Counted from the stretch's first letter, positions 33,176 to 44,746 are shown. The stretch: 64,000 nucleotides of DNA from an uncultured Planctomycetota bacterium (GCA_963845755.1 CAWJTV010000004.1:1-64000); one strand, 5' to 3'. Notes: generated by a model from the letters alone, not told the origin. Numbers and translations are program-made.

Positions 33176-33287
33176 TCGTGCTCGGTCGAAAGCATCGCCC
33201 TGGAAAGTGCGAATGCCGCCCGTGGCTGTCCGGGGGTCGGACCGTCGCGGGTGGCTCTTGTCAAAGAATCACCATGTGATAATTTTG

Positions 33288-34294
33288 TCATCGATTCGAT
33301 TGGCTCTTCAGCCACGCCAGCCATCCTTCGGTCACAACCCACGGTTCCCGGGGAAGTCGTGACGGCTCGAAACGTTCGATCGCTTCGCGCGGACAGGTAG
33401 GGACACCCTGCTCGCTCCAGCCACAGGAAGAGACCAGGCTGCCGATGAGGACGAGCGGATCGACCCCGGACTCGCGAAGTGTTCGACAGCTTGAGCGACC
33501 CATCGCGCTTGGCCAGGCGGCGGCCGTCGGCGGTCACGGCGAGCGGGACATGGCCGAACGCCGGCTCGGGCCATCCGAGGCTCCGATAGATCAGGATTTG
33601 ACGGGGTGTGCTCGTCGCAAGGTCGGCGCCTCGGACGACCTGATTGATTCCCATGGCGGCATCGTCGACCACCACGGCAAGCTGGTACGACGGTCCGACC
33701 GTCTGGCGGGCGACGAGGAAATCGCCGCCGATCCGGCTCGGGTCGAGCTCCATCGGGCCCAGGAAGAGGTCATCCCAGACGATCGGCTCCCGGGGCACGC
33801 GGAATCGCCATGCGAACGGGCGATCTCCGAGCTGATCGGCATCGCCGGCACACCGGTTCGAGCACGTCCCGGGGTAGCTCGGCCCCTCCTCTTCCGGATG
33901 GGGTGCACCGGCGGCTCGCTCGATGTCGGCCCGCGTGCAGGTGCAGGGATACACCCGTTCCGCCGCCTTCAAACGATCGAGCGCGGCGCCGTACAGCGGC
34001 AGGCGCTCCGATTGGACATAGGAAGCGGAGGGGCCGCCGATGTCGGGCCCTTCGTCCCAGTCGAATCCCAGCCAGCGCAGATCCTGGAGGATGGACCGGC
34101 GGGCCTCGTCGCGAACCCGGGACACGTCGAGGTCCTCGATTTCGAAGGACGACCCGCCCACCACCCTGACGCGCAGCCAGCCAGGCGATCAGGAAGGTCC
34201 GGGCATGTCCCAGGTGCAGGCCGCCCGTCGGCGACGGCGCCAATCGCCCCACCGCGAGCTGGCTCCGTCCTTCGGGCGTCGCAGCTTGCGTCAT
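33288..34294 (-). CDS. gluQ: Glutamyl-Q tRNA(Asp) synthetase (frameshifts near 34150 and 33480)
   Basis: RLAPSPTGGLHLGHART, IEDLD, CTCTR, YQLAVVVDD, VVRGADL, RLAKRDG; no anticodon-binding domain. Confidence 0.85.
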
Positions 34295-34475
34295 CGCGGT
34301 CAGACTCCCACGGCGGCATGTGTGCGCGAGGTTCGACCGGTCCCCAACCGGATAATCGAGTCGAATGACCGAGACGCGCGGCATCGTCCTGTCGTATAAT
34401 CAGGATAGATGAACGGTGCGACCTCGCGAGAGTGGAATTCCCGAGTTTTTCCGTCCCGAGTCAGGAGTGATGCCC

Positions 34476-35602
34476 GTGGACCCCGACCTGAAACGAACCG
34501 CCAAAGGCGTGATTGACCGGATCCTCCAACTTCGAGACTCTCTTTGACTTGGGCGAAAAGCAAGCACGTCGTGACGCTCTCGAGCAGGAGATGAACGGCC
34601 CCACGTTCTGGAACGACCAGGAGAAGGCCAAGGCGACCATCCAGGAGCTGAAGGGACTCAACTCGGTCCTCAAGCCATTCGAGGAACTGGTCCGCCAGGC
34701 GGATAACCTCGGGGCCTCGATCGAGCTGGCCGAGGAGGCCGGCACGCGCGAGTTCGACGACGAGGTCCAGACGGCCTGCCGGCGCCGCCGAGTCCGACTT
34801 CTCGGCCTTCGAGTTCCGCTCGATGCTCGGCGGGCCGAACGACCACTGCAACGCGTTCGTCACGATCCACGCGGGAGCCGGCGGGACCGAGGCCTGCGAC
34901 TGGGCCGAGATGCTGCTCCGCATGTACCTGATGTGGGCCGAATCCAAGGGATTCAAGGCCGAGATCACCGATCGTGAGGATGGCGGCGCGGCCGGGGTCC
35001 AGGAGGCGAGCGTCCATATCAAGGGGGAGTACGCCTACGGCTACCTCCGCGGCGAGTCGGGTGTCCACCGGCTGGTCCGGATCAGTCCGTACGACTCCGC
35101 TTCGCGACGGCACACCTCGTTCGCTTCCGTGGACGTCCTTCCCGAAGTCGATGACACGATCGACATTGTTTTGAAGGATGATGACCTCAAGCGCGACGTG
35201 TTTCGATCCGGCGGGCCCGGCGGCCAGCATCAGAACAAGACCGAATCCGGAGTCCGCTACACGCACCTCCCGAGCGGCGTCGCCGCCGAATCCCGGAGCG
35301 AGCGATCCCAGCACAAGAACGACGCCAACGCCCTGGCGCTCCTCAAGGCCAAGCTCATCCGCCTGGAGGAAGAGAAACGCGAGGCCGAATTCGCCAAGAA
35401 GTACGACGAGAAGGGGGATGTCAGCTTCGGCAACCAGATCCGCTCGTACGTGCTCCAGCCGTATCAGATCGTGAAGGACCTCCGGACGAGCCACGAGGTC
35501 GGCAACCCCCGCGCCGTGCTCGACGGCGACATCGACGGCTTCATCGAGTCGTATCTGCGAATGAAGCTGGCCAAGGGGAGCGCCGACCTGGCGAAAGCCT
35601 GA
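34476..35602 (+). CDS. prfB: Peptide chain release factor 2 with programmed +1 frameshift (additional indel near 34790)
   Basis: GTG 34476; CTT-TGA-C at 34542-34548; GAGGTEACDW, GVHRLVRISPY, RRHTSF, GGQH, FGNQIRSY. Confidence 0.95.
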
Positions 35603-35640
35603 GGCGGCCGCGCCGCAATCCCGCAATCCACAACCCGATT

Positions 35641-35708
35641 TCACGCGGAGCCGAGGAGGTCGCGGAGAAACGCCTGATCGACTCCGCGTTCTCCGCGGCT
35701 CCGCGTGA
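35641..35708. repeat. REP-like hairpin built from CGCGGAG units, downstream of prfB
   Basis: tcacgcggagccg ... cggctccgcgtga 13-bp inverted repeat. Confidence 0.6.
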
Positions 35709-35773
35709 GACTCTTCAATCGGAACCCGCGCGCACGGCGGCGAGATTCTACGACGGAGGTAGCCTCCAAAACT

Positions 35774-36417
35774 GTGGCGGATCACGGCGAGCCAGGGATC
35801 TCCTGCCAGGTGGATGACGATCGCGCGGTCCTCTCCGCGCGAGGGCTGAGCCTCGGCTTCACGCGGGTCGGCGATCGCTGGAGTCATCGCCTGGACTCCA
35901 CCGACGGGATCGTCGTGCAAGTGGCCAGGACCGAGGACCTCACGGCCAGCGAGGATGAACGCCACATCGTCAATCCGGTCTATCAGGAGGTGCAGCGGCA
36001 CGAGCTGGCCGTTGGATCGGGCCTTTGCCTGCTCCTGACCGGCCTGTTCTTCCAGCATCACTTCTCGGCCGCCGTCACGCTGCGGAAGGACCCGGCGCAG
36101 CCGGGACTCCTCGAGCTCGACTTCGATGTCGCCGACCGCTGTCGGCGCCGATCGAGAGCCTGGCCGCCACCTACCGGGTCGGGCTCGATAGCGGCGCCCT
36201 GGTCGATGCGAGTCCCGGTCGGATCGCCTGGGGCGCGGTCGAGTCGGGTTTGGACCGGATCGAGCTGGTCGCCGAGCCGCCGTCCTCGCTCGTCCTGGCC
36301 GAGGCCGGCAGGCAGGCGATGCGCGTCCAGGTGCTCGCGCCGATCGTGCCCGGAACGTTCACCCATCGCCTGCGTTACCGATGGCGCTGGGTCCCTTCGG
36401 CCGATCGGACGCGATAG
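35774..36417 (+). CDS. Hypothetical protein (frameshift near 36147)
   Basis: Coding-like frames ...FTRVGDRWSH..NPVYQEVQ..LDFDVADRC / PIESLAATY..THRLRYRWRW; start uncertain. Confidence 0.55.
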
Positions 36418-38783
36418 ACGGCGAACCTTCCCTCGACGTGGACCAGCTCCAGGGGAGTTGCACACCGCGTCGAGTCGCAAGCGGACATGTCATCGCTCGG
36501 CGCCGCGGCCACGACGTACGACGCTCCCTGCCGGACGGCCAGTGCGGCCCGCTGGGCGTCGCCGAGCGCCTGGTACCGGGCCTCGAAGCGATGGCGGCCG
36601 GCCAGATAGGCGCGCACGAATTCGGCCGGCGGGCCGTGAAAGTCGACGTGCTCCTGGAACCGGGCGAACCAGTCCGCCAGTCCCGCGGCGTGGTACGGGC
36701 TGGCCGCCCGGTTGAAGGCCAGGCTCCGCCGCGACCAGAGCCGGAACGTCTTCGGTCCCGGCGGCCCGATGAATCGGGCCGTGCCCGGCGTGTGGTCGCG
36801 GCACCAGAGAGCCAGGCGCTCGATGTCATCCAGCGGTACGGGGATGAATCGGCATCGGTCGATCAAGCCCTTCACCAGGTGGTGGCCCGACTCCGGATGA
36901 TCCCTCGTCGCCAATCCCGCGAGCAGTGCAGCCATCGGAATGAGCCAGGCTGCTGTCATCGCCCCTGCCAGAGACCAGGCCGGTCGCAACCGCGACCAGA
37001 CCGCCCGAGGCGCCATCCGGCCTCTCCGGCGGCTGGAGCCCTTACCGATCGAGTCGCTCCGTCTCCCGGGCGCATCCGCATACCCCCCCGTGCCCCCCCT
37101 TCGTAAGGGGGGGAAAGGAAACCGGCCGGTCCTCATCAATTTCCCCCCCTTACGAAGGGGGGGCACGGAGGGGTTCTTCGGGAGAAGACCTCGAGAGTGG
37201 ACAAGCCAATCGTTAAGCTCTCTAACCAACTCAGCCAACAGCCCGACCCCCAGTGCCATCATGAGGGGAATGTGGCCGGATTCGGTGTCATGATGCCCGA
37301 GGAAGTTGAGGCCCCATCCGATCGCCCCGACGAACACGATGACGTTGAGAATGTCGAATCGGTCCCGGGAACTGAGAGTCTGTTCCCGAAGGGTCAGGTT
37401 CGGGCGAGCGGGGGGCATCAGCCCCCTGTCCGGTGGGCGACGGCCCTCGAAGACAGGGGGCTGACGCCCCCCGCTCGCCCTTCCGGAACCGACCCTTAGC
37501 ACTTCCACGATCGAGACGGCGACCTCGGCCAGTGTCACGACCACAAGCAGCCAATCTCCGAGGAAACCCGTGGCCAGCAGGATCGACCGGACGCGACCGA
37601 GCAGCCGGCCCGATCGCCAGAGCGCAACCAGCCGGCCGGAGATCATGATGATGGCCAGTCCCCTGACCATCGTGGCCATCCGGAACGGCTGGAAGATCGT
37701 CACCCGGACCTGATGCAGGACCTCGATGGCGAACCACGCGACCCCGAGCCCGGCGAGGATCACGACCAGCGACACAGCCAGCCGGCGACGAGCCGAGGGC
37801 CAGGAATTCGCAGGGATTTCCTCGCGGCCATCCGAGCCATGGCTCCGCTTTCTCGTGAAGCTGGTGCCGCCGAGCTGGAGCGCCGTCAGCGTCAGATAAC
37901 AGGTCCAGGCAAGCCATTGCGGCATTCGCCACAGGTGTGGCAGCATGTGCTGCGGGCTTTGAAGCTCGACGCTCAGGAGCCAGAACACGTTTTCCGGCAA
38001 CGCGCCCAGCAGCGTCGAGCCGCCGCGCGGCAGGTTGACCGCCATGCCGGGAAGCACCGCCATCGCCAGGAGCACCAGGGACCGGATCGCAACCCGGGCG
38101 CTCACCTGCATCGACCGACCCATGAGCGCCCAGGATACCCAGCTCGCCGCGAGCACCATCGCGAGCTGGAGGCCCGCCGAGGGATGAATCCATGTGGCGA
38201 GACCGATCGCGGCCGAGGACCGCCACCACGCCGATTCCGGACGGGTGACCGCCGCAGCAAGGGCCAGCCAGCCCAGGGCCAGTGCGATGAGACGATCCAG
38301 GACCATCGCTTCGAAAAGATGGTTGGTCCCGATGTTGCCGGCCTTGGCCGCCAGCAGCAGAGTCACCGCGACCCAGCCGACATTCGGCCCGGCATCGGGC
38401 CAGGCCGCACGCCCAAGCCGCTCCACCGCACAGCAGGTGACGACGAAGGTCATGACGAACAGGACGAAGAGACCCGCCGGCAAGCCGAGCCCCCGCGTGA
38501 CGGCGTCCAGCACGATCAGCGAACCCCGGTGCGGGTTGAACGCGTCGAACGATCGGACGAAGGGATCGTCGCCATAAATCCGGGGATCCTGGAAGTGGAG
38601 CAAGAGCGGGAGCCGGTAGGCCTGATCTCCGTCGAAGCTGTGGTAACCGCGCACGCTCAGGTAAAAACCCAGCATGAGCGCGCAAACGATCCACGCCGGA
38701 ACAGGACGCTCCGAACCCGATTCCCGCTCCCCCTCCGGAACCATCCGCACGGCCGCCCTCCTTGGCCAGTACGCCGTACGCAT
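36375..38783 (-). CDS. Polytopic membrane protein (DUF6798-like) carrying in-frame palindromic inserts
   Basis: Many TM segments; DQAYRLP..DPF; C-terminal WCRDHTP..FRLWSRRS domain. Confidence 0.65.
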   Translation of the reverse strand: MRTAYWPRRAAVRMVPEGERESGSERPVPAWIVCALMLGFYLSVRGYHSFDGDQAYRLPLLLHFQDPRIYGDDPFVRSFDAFNPHRGSLIVLDAVTRGLGLPAGLFVLFVMTFVVTCCAVERLGRAAWPDAGPNVGWVAVTLLLAAKAGNIGTNHLFEAMVLDRLIALALGWLALAAAVTRPESAWWRSSAAIGLATWIHPSAGLQLAMVLAASWVSWALMGRSMQVSARVAIRSLVLLAMAVLPGMAVNLPRGGSTLLGALPENVFWLLSVELQSPQHMLPHLWRMPQWLAWTCYLTLTALQLGGTSFTRKRSHGSDGREEIPANSWPSARRRLAVSLVVILAGLGVAWFAIEVLHQVRVTIFQPFRMATMVRGLAIIMISGRLVALWRSGRLLGRVRSILLATGFLGDWLLVVVTLAEVAVSIVEVLRVGSGRASGGRQPPVFEGRRPPDRGLMPPARPNLTLREQTLSSRDRFDILNVIVFVGAIGWGLNFLGHHDTESGHIPLMMALGVGLLAELVRELNDWLVHSRGLLPKNPSVPPLRKGGKLMRTGRFPFPPLRRGGTGGYADAPGRRSDSIGKGSSRRRGRMAPRAVWSRLRPAWSLAGAMTAAWLIPMAALLAGLATRDHPESGHHLVKGLIDRCRFIPVPLDDIERLALWCRDHTPGTARFIGPPGPKTFRLWSRRSLAFNRAASPYHAAGLADWFARFQEHVDFHGPPAEFVRAYLAGRHRFEARYQALGDAQRAALAVRQGASYVVAAAPSDDMSACDSTRCATPLELVHVEGRFAVYRVRSAEGTQRHR
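37088..37168. repeat. Perfect 29-bp inverted repeat pair inside a CDS
   Basis: ccgtgcccccccttcgtaagggggggaaa (37088-37116) and its reverse complement (37140-37168). Confidence 0.85.
37402..37480. repeat. 28/29-bp inverted repeat pair inside a CDS
   Basis: gggcgagcggggggcatcagccccctgtc ... gacagggggctgacgccccccgctcgccc. Confidence 0.85.
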
Positions 38784-38845
38784 CGAGGGCGTGTCGACAG
38801 GCGATTAGCCGCCGTGCGCCGATGGGAGAGACCCACAAAGCCAGA

Positions 38846-38921
38846 ACCACGGAAAGCACCGGAGGACACGGGAGGAGAACCAGAGGCGGATTCTTCCGTG
38901 TCGGTCCGTGATTTCCGTGGT
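38846..38921. repeat. REP-like hairpin of CACGGA/TCCGTG units
   Basis: accacggaaa ... tttccgtggt with internal repeats. Confidence 0.55.
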
Positions 38922-38994
38922 CAAGATGCTTTCTTGCGGATCGACCGCCCCGAGTACGGCTAATCCGTACTTCCTACCGTGCCTGCGGTCAATC

Positions 38995-39765
38995 TCAGTT
39001 CGATCGTTTGCCCGTCGCTTCGAGGATTTCCTCAACCGCCTTGTCCACTTCGGGATCGGCGCCCGGTTTGGTGGTCGGCTTGGCTGCGGGTTTCGGCGGG
39101 GCGGTGGGAGACTTCGGTGCGCCGGCGAGATCCCACTCCGAACTCCGGCTCGCCGTTTGAACGACCGGATGTTCTTCCGACTTCTCATCCGGGTGGGCGG
39201 GACCATCCGCCGGATTCTGCAAGCCCATCCGCTGAATATGGTTGGCGAAATGCTGCACGGGGACCGAGGTCCAGATCTTCACGGCCGGCCGATACTGGTC
39301 GTTCCATCGGAGGGCCATCGAGGACTTGACCTGCTGGTCGGCCCACGCGATCGTCGCGATCTGACTCAGGGCGTACTTCTGAATCCCCGCCGTCATGAAC
39401 GCCGCGACCAGCACGCCCTTGGCGATGCCCATGAGAAAGCCGGCAAACTGGTCATTGCGGCTCGATTGCGGCATCCCGGGAATCTCGGGACGTCGCGTCA
39501 TCTTGATCACCAGAGTCGTGAGACCGACCACGATCACATACCCGATGGCGACCGAGACCCACCACAGGAGACGGTCGACCAGGTCGGGGTGAATCGAGGG
39601 CAAGTACGGCAGAACATAGGGCTTCGCCTGATCGCGGACCGGATCGGCCAGATAAACGCACGCAACCAAGCCCGCAATTCGGATGGCCTGATAGACGAAA
39701 CCCTGAAGCCAGCCTCGGATAGCGGCGATCAGGACGATCACGCCCAACGCAACGTCCAGACCCAT
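38995..39765 (-). CDS. cvpA: CvpA family membrane protein
   Basis: LDVALGVIVLIAAIRGWLQGFV..; DQFAGFLMGIAKG. Confidence 0.75.
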   Translation of the reverse strand: MGLDVALGVIVLIAAIRGWLQGFVYQAIRIAGLVACVYLADPVRDQAKPYVLPYLPSIHPDLVDRLLWWVSVAIGYVIVVGLTTLVIKMTRRPEIPGMPQSSRNDQFAGFLMGIAKGVLVAAFMTAGIQKYALSQIATIAWADQQVKSSMALRWNDQYRPAVKIWTSVPVQHFANHIQRMGLQNPADGPAHPDEKSEEHPVVQTASRSSEWDLAGAPKSPTAPPKPAAKPTTKPGADPEVDKAVEEILEATGKRSN

Positions 39766-39960
39766 CGTCAGTTTCCTCCCCCTGCGTTGCGGCACGGTGC
39801 CTTTTTCGAAGATTCGTTGGCCGCCCCGATTTCTTCGCGGAAAATCCTCGACGTATCGCTGGATTCGGCTCTCCGCGTGTTGAAACTTGAGCCGGAGCCG
39901 GAGACGATGATTTGCGTCGACATTCCCCGGGAGTAACTGCCGTCGAGGAGAGAAAAACCC

Positions 39961-41196
39961 GTGCCCACCCCCAGTGGTTCTCGTCAACGATCGTCATCCG
40001 TCGGCATCGTCCTGATCGTCGGATTGGCCATGGCAGCGATGCTCCCTCTGAAAGCCGGGCGAGCCGATGAGTTCGGCCGGTTGCTCGGGCCGCCGCTGTT
40101 CGACGTCCCCAGGCGCCGGATGCGCACGGCCAGGACCGGCTGAGCGTCCGGGCACTTGAGGCTTTGCCCGAGGTGCTGCGCGGCGAGCGCTCCGCCCTGG
40201 TGATCGTGACCACCGACCAGGGCAACATGGCGAAGCTGCTCCTCTCGTCCGGCCTGCGCAAGCGCAGGGGGAAGGAGGCAAGGAGGTCCTGGCACCCGTG
40301 CTGATCCTGGACCGCTTCGAGACGATCGATGCCGGCGATCGGATCTCCTGGAAGGCACGCGGCCGCGACACCATGCTTTTCGACGGCTTCTCGTTCGACC
40401 TGGATTCCGGTCAGGTCGTGCCCGATGGGTTCGGCGGCGACATCCGGCTGACCAACCAGGGGGCGGATGGTCCGGAATTGTCGGCCGTCGGCGCGAGCAA
40501 GCTCTACACGTTCGAGAAGCCGCTGCCGGTGGCCCCGACATCTCCGGGTCGGCCCTCGAGCGGCCGGGCCGTCCTGCCGACGGATTTCAGCGGTCGCTAC
40601 AACCTCATGGCCAACGGCCAGATGTCGGGGACCCTCGACCTCTCCGTCAACCCCGACGGCATGGTCTCCGGCCAGTTCCGGTCCGATCGCAACGGGTCCG
40701 TGTACCCGGTGACGGGCAAGGTCGCCGCGGATCTCGCCCGGAAGATCGAGTTCACCATCCAGTTCCCCCGGAGCGAGCAAGTCTACCAGGGCCTGCTCTG
40801 GACCGAGGAGAAAAGCGCCATTGCGGGCACCGTCCAGATCCTCGACCATCCCTTCAGCTTCTTCGCCATTCGCGAGGGAGCCGCGCTGGCCGGCGACGCC
40901 ATCGACCTCGACCGGACGCTCCCCGCCGCCATCGCCCGCGGCACGACGAACCGGGTCGTCACCATCGAGGAGGCCGCCGATCGCTACACGCTCGACGGCG
41001 AGTCGAAGTCGGCGGCCGAGCTGAGCACGGCGCTGGCGGCGGTCGTGAAGGCCCAGCCGGAGTGTCGGAGTGGTTCTCCGCGTCCCGGAATCCGCTGCCC
41101 TTCGAACGGGTGCTGCGGGCGTCCCGGCTCATCCGCGAGGCCGGGATCACCTCGGTTCGCGTCGGGGGAAAGGCCGCGAGCGGGGCTCCCGACTAA
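39961..41196 (+). CDS. Secreted hypothetical protein with ExbD-like C-terminus (several frameshifts)
   Basis: Signal peptide ending GRA-DEF; continuous coding in shifted frames; YTLDGE...ELSTAL...IREAGITSV. Confidence 0.55.
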
Positions 41197-41482
41197 GCGG
41201 CTGGTTTTGAAAGCGCCCGGTGACAACCAGCGCCTCCTTCCTTGGTCTCTTCCCATCCTCATGTGCAACACCGTCTTTTTCTTTGTCTCGTTCCACGGAA
41301 GAGCCATGCAGTCATGGATCTCATTCCTCGTTTCGATCGTGTGAGGAACCTCACGACGGGTTTACCACCGTCGTCCTTGGCGGTCTGAGTGCAACGCGAA
41401 GGTGTCGCAGGAACTGTGTTGCTCTTCTTCGAAAGGGGGGGTGACAACACTTGCTGTTCTGCCAGCAGTCTCCTACCGAAGC

Positions 41483-41800
41483 GTGCGTCCCTGACAACGG
41501 GGGGTGCGAAGCCCTCGGGACAACGTATCCTCATCCTTCGGGATGGCGACCAAAGCGCGAGCCGAAGTCGCGACTGCCAGCACCAAGGCGGTTGGGGACC
41601 AGGAGAGCGTGGTATGGTCAACCCAGGTGAACCGCCGTAAGCGTCGTGACCAAGAACAAGCCAAAGGTGCCGATAGGCTTGGACCAAAAGGTACGTGGCG
41701 AGGTCCGGGTCCTTCAGACACATCCGGCGCAGACGACGAGCCACCGGCGTCGAGGCGGGACCTAACAACAGACGCAACGGAGCCCGCGACGAGGCATGTT
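41483..41800 (+). mobile_element. Probable group II intron 5' remnant (domain I only, no RT ORF)
   Basis: Starts GTGCG; gggggtgcgaagccct GNRA-capped hairpin; non-coding; resembles bacterial intron domain I from memory only; 3' limit approximate. Confidence 0.5.
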
Positions 41801-41902
41801 ACGTATGATCCAGTGGATTTTGAGCCCGCCAGGTAGTTGGCGCGGACAATCGGGCGTGGGACGATGCGGTCGATGATGGCCATGGAACGCAGCAAAACAA
41901 GA

Positions 41903-42280
41903 CTATGTTTTCTTTGCCTGGCGGTAAGGGGGTGACTCGGCCAAGGTCAGGATAACGAACGCTTCGCCGGTCACGGTGCTGATGTCGTGATGCAGGCTCA
42001 CCACCTTGACCCCCGTGATCTCCTGTACCATCGCTTGTATGAGTGGCTTCGCCGTTTCGATCAGATGGCTCCGTACTTGCTTGAGCAAGTCTCTCGCCTT
42101 GTCTGAAGGGGACTTGGCAAGGTGTTTTTCAGCCGGTGTCAACAAGTCCTGGAGCCTGACGACGATGAAATCGCCGAGCAGGAAGGCGCGAATGTCTTTG
42201 GGTCCCCGGCCTCTGTATTCCAGCTCGAAGCGGCCGATCCCTTCGCAGATCTCGGCCTCGATTTCGCCCTGGGTCTTCAT
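41903..42280 (-). CDS. DUF2294 (MpsC-like) protein
   Basis: KTQGEIEAEI..GRGPKDIRA..LTPAEK..KVVSLHHDISTVTGE. Confidence 0.85.
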   Translation of the reverse strand: MKTQGEIEAEICEGIGRFELEYRGRGPKDIRAFLLGDFIVVRLQDLLTPAEKHLAKSPSDKARDLLKQVRSHLIETAKPLIQAMVQEITGVKVVSLHHDISTVTGEAFVILTLAESPPYRQAKKT

Positions 42281-44746
42281 CGCGTTGGCAACTCCGAGGC
42301 CGTCGCCAGGATTTGCAGCAACTTTCCGAAGTCTCCCGGCTTGACCAAGTGGTGATCGAAGCCCGCCTCAAACGGGCGCTGTAGGTCGCTCACTCCTCCG
42401 TACCCGGTCATGGCAACGAGGACGACGTTCTGGAGTACAGGTTGCCGACGTAGCAGCTTGGCCACGTCAAATCCATTGAGCCCTGGCAAGCCGATGTCTA
42501 GCAGTACCACGTTCGGTCGGTAATCAAGGGCCATTTCCAGGACCGACGAGCCGTCATAAGCCGTCCTAACATCGTGGCCAGATTCTGTTACTAGCAGCGC
42601 CAGGGTCGTCACCGTATCCACGTTGTCATCCACTACCAGCACCCGCAAGGATGAATAGGTCGGTTGGGCCGTTTCGGTGGGCGGCGATGACGCCTGCGGC
42701 TGGTGCGGCGACACCAGCGGCAGACGCACGACAAACTCGCTGCCTTGCCCCAAAGCACTGGAAACCGCCACCATTCCCCCGTGCATTTCCACGAGGCGTT
42801 GGACCAAAGCGAGTCCGATGCCCAATCCACCTTGCGAGCGATCGAGGGACTGGTCCGCCTGCGTGAACAGGTCGAAGATGCGGGGCAGGACTTCGGGGGC
42901 GATGCCGACGCCCGTGTCCCGCACGCGCAGCACTGCCTCCTCGCCCTCCTTTTGGGCTGTCATCCAGATGCGACCGCCCTGGTCGGTGTACTTGGCGGCA
43001 TTAGTGAGCAGGTTCACTACCACCTGTTCCAACCGGGCGGCGTCAGCGTGCACCCAGATCGCTTGAGGCGGCAGCGACACCGTCAGTTCATGCTTGCGCT
43101 GGTCGATCAGCGAGCGGACCGTCGCAACCGCATTTTCCACCACCATGCCCACGGCGATCGGTTCTTGGTGAAGTTGAATCCTGCCTGTGGTAATGCGAGA
43201 GACCTCAAGCAGTTCATCAACGATATGCGTCAGTTGACCCACCTGACGCTCAATGATGCTGGCGGATTGCTGAAGTATCGGGTTCTCGATGCCGTGCAGT
43301 CGATTCCGGTTGCTGTGCAGGCGCAGGAGGAGAGCGGCATTGAGGATGGGAGCGAGGGGGTTACGAAGTTCATGGCTGAGCATCGCCAGGAACTCATCCT
43401 TGCGGCGGTCCAGGTCGGCGAGCGCCGCCGCCTGCTCCTGCGTCAGTCGCTGGAGGCGGCTGCGTTCGGTGATGTCACGGATGTTGCATTGAACGACTTG
43501 GTGGTTGTTCTCTCCATAGACGTTGCTGACGAACTCGACCTCGACCTTGTGCCCCCTTGTGCTTTCCAGCGGCAGATTCTCGTAGCGGACGTAGCCCCTC
43601 TCTTGCAGTTCCCGGTAGACGGCGCGGCTCTCTTGGATGTCCCCGAACAGGCCAATCTCCCAAAGTTCCTTGCCTAGGAACTCATCGTGCGGGTAGCCCA
43701 GTAAGGCCGACATGAACGGGTTCGCGTCGATCACTTTTCCGGTGTCGGCGTCGAGGATCAAGATGCCGTCCTTGGCCATCTGGAATAGCCGACGATACCG
43801 GACTTCGGAGTGCTCCAACGCGGCTTCCGCCCGTCTGCGGATCGTAACGTCCTCGATGGCCAGAAGTACCAAATCCGGTTCGTTGGTCTCTGGAGGGAAC
43901 CTTCGAGCATTGAGCAGCATGTTCCTTCGCCCGAGCGTCGGGAAGGCGTGCTCAACCTCGAAGTCTTCAACGGGATGGCTGTTCGAGAGGACTTGGGACA
44001 GAAGCGCCCGCAGTTGGGGAATATCCCACTGGCCGTTGCCCAAATCGTAGACGAAGCGACCCTCCGTTTCTTCTTTCGAGGCGTGAAAGTCCCGATAAAA
44101 GGCGGCGTTGGCCGTGCGGACCCGCAGGTTCTTGTCGAGAACCACGAATGGCACTCGCAACGTCGCGATGATGTTGTCGGCGTAGTTGAGGGCGTCCTGC
44201 ACCTTCTGCTCTTGCCGCCTGCGTTCGCTGATGTCTCGGAACACCAGTACGACCCCGGCGACTTCCCCCTTGTCGTTGCGCATTGGTGCGGCACTGTCGT
44301 CGATGGGTCGTTCTGTGCCGTCCTTGGCGATGAGCACGCTGTGGTTCGCCAGCCCGACGTCCATGCCATCCCGCAAGGCTCGGACGGTGGGGCTCTCGAC
44401 TGGCTGGTGGCTCTCTTCGTTGATGATGCGGAACACGCTGTTCAGCGGTTGGCCCGCTGCTTCCGCCAGCCCCAGCCCGTCAAGGACGTAGCGACCGAGT
44501 TGAGGAACGTGACCCGCCCCTCGATGTCCGAGGTGATCACCGCATCGGCAATGCTCGCGAGGGCGACACCAGCCCTGAGAAATCCGCCCCTCGGGCGGTA
44601 GGCCGGCACGCGGAAGCCGCGTGGATGGCGACCGAGGGCCGGCAAAGGCCGTAAGGGGACGGGCTCGAAGGCGGCTTCGAGTGCGACCGCTATCAGACCC
44701 TGAAGAACCCGGCTGAACCTGGAACACGCCCACCCGCCACCGGCGG

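Noticed and set aside
41200..41215. ggttttgaa as a possible selC att duplicate
   Set aside because: Only ~9 nt and in inverted orientation; expected by chance
44570..44733. ORF-track start of the hybrid kinase at 44733
   Set aside because: Lies inside the IS; the true N-terminus is at 46706 on the far side of the element
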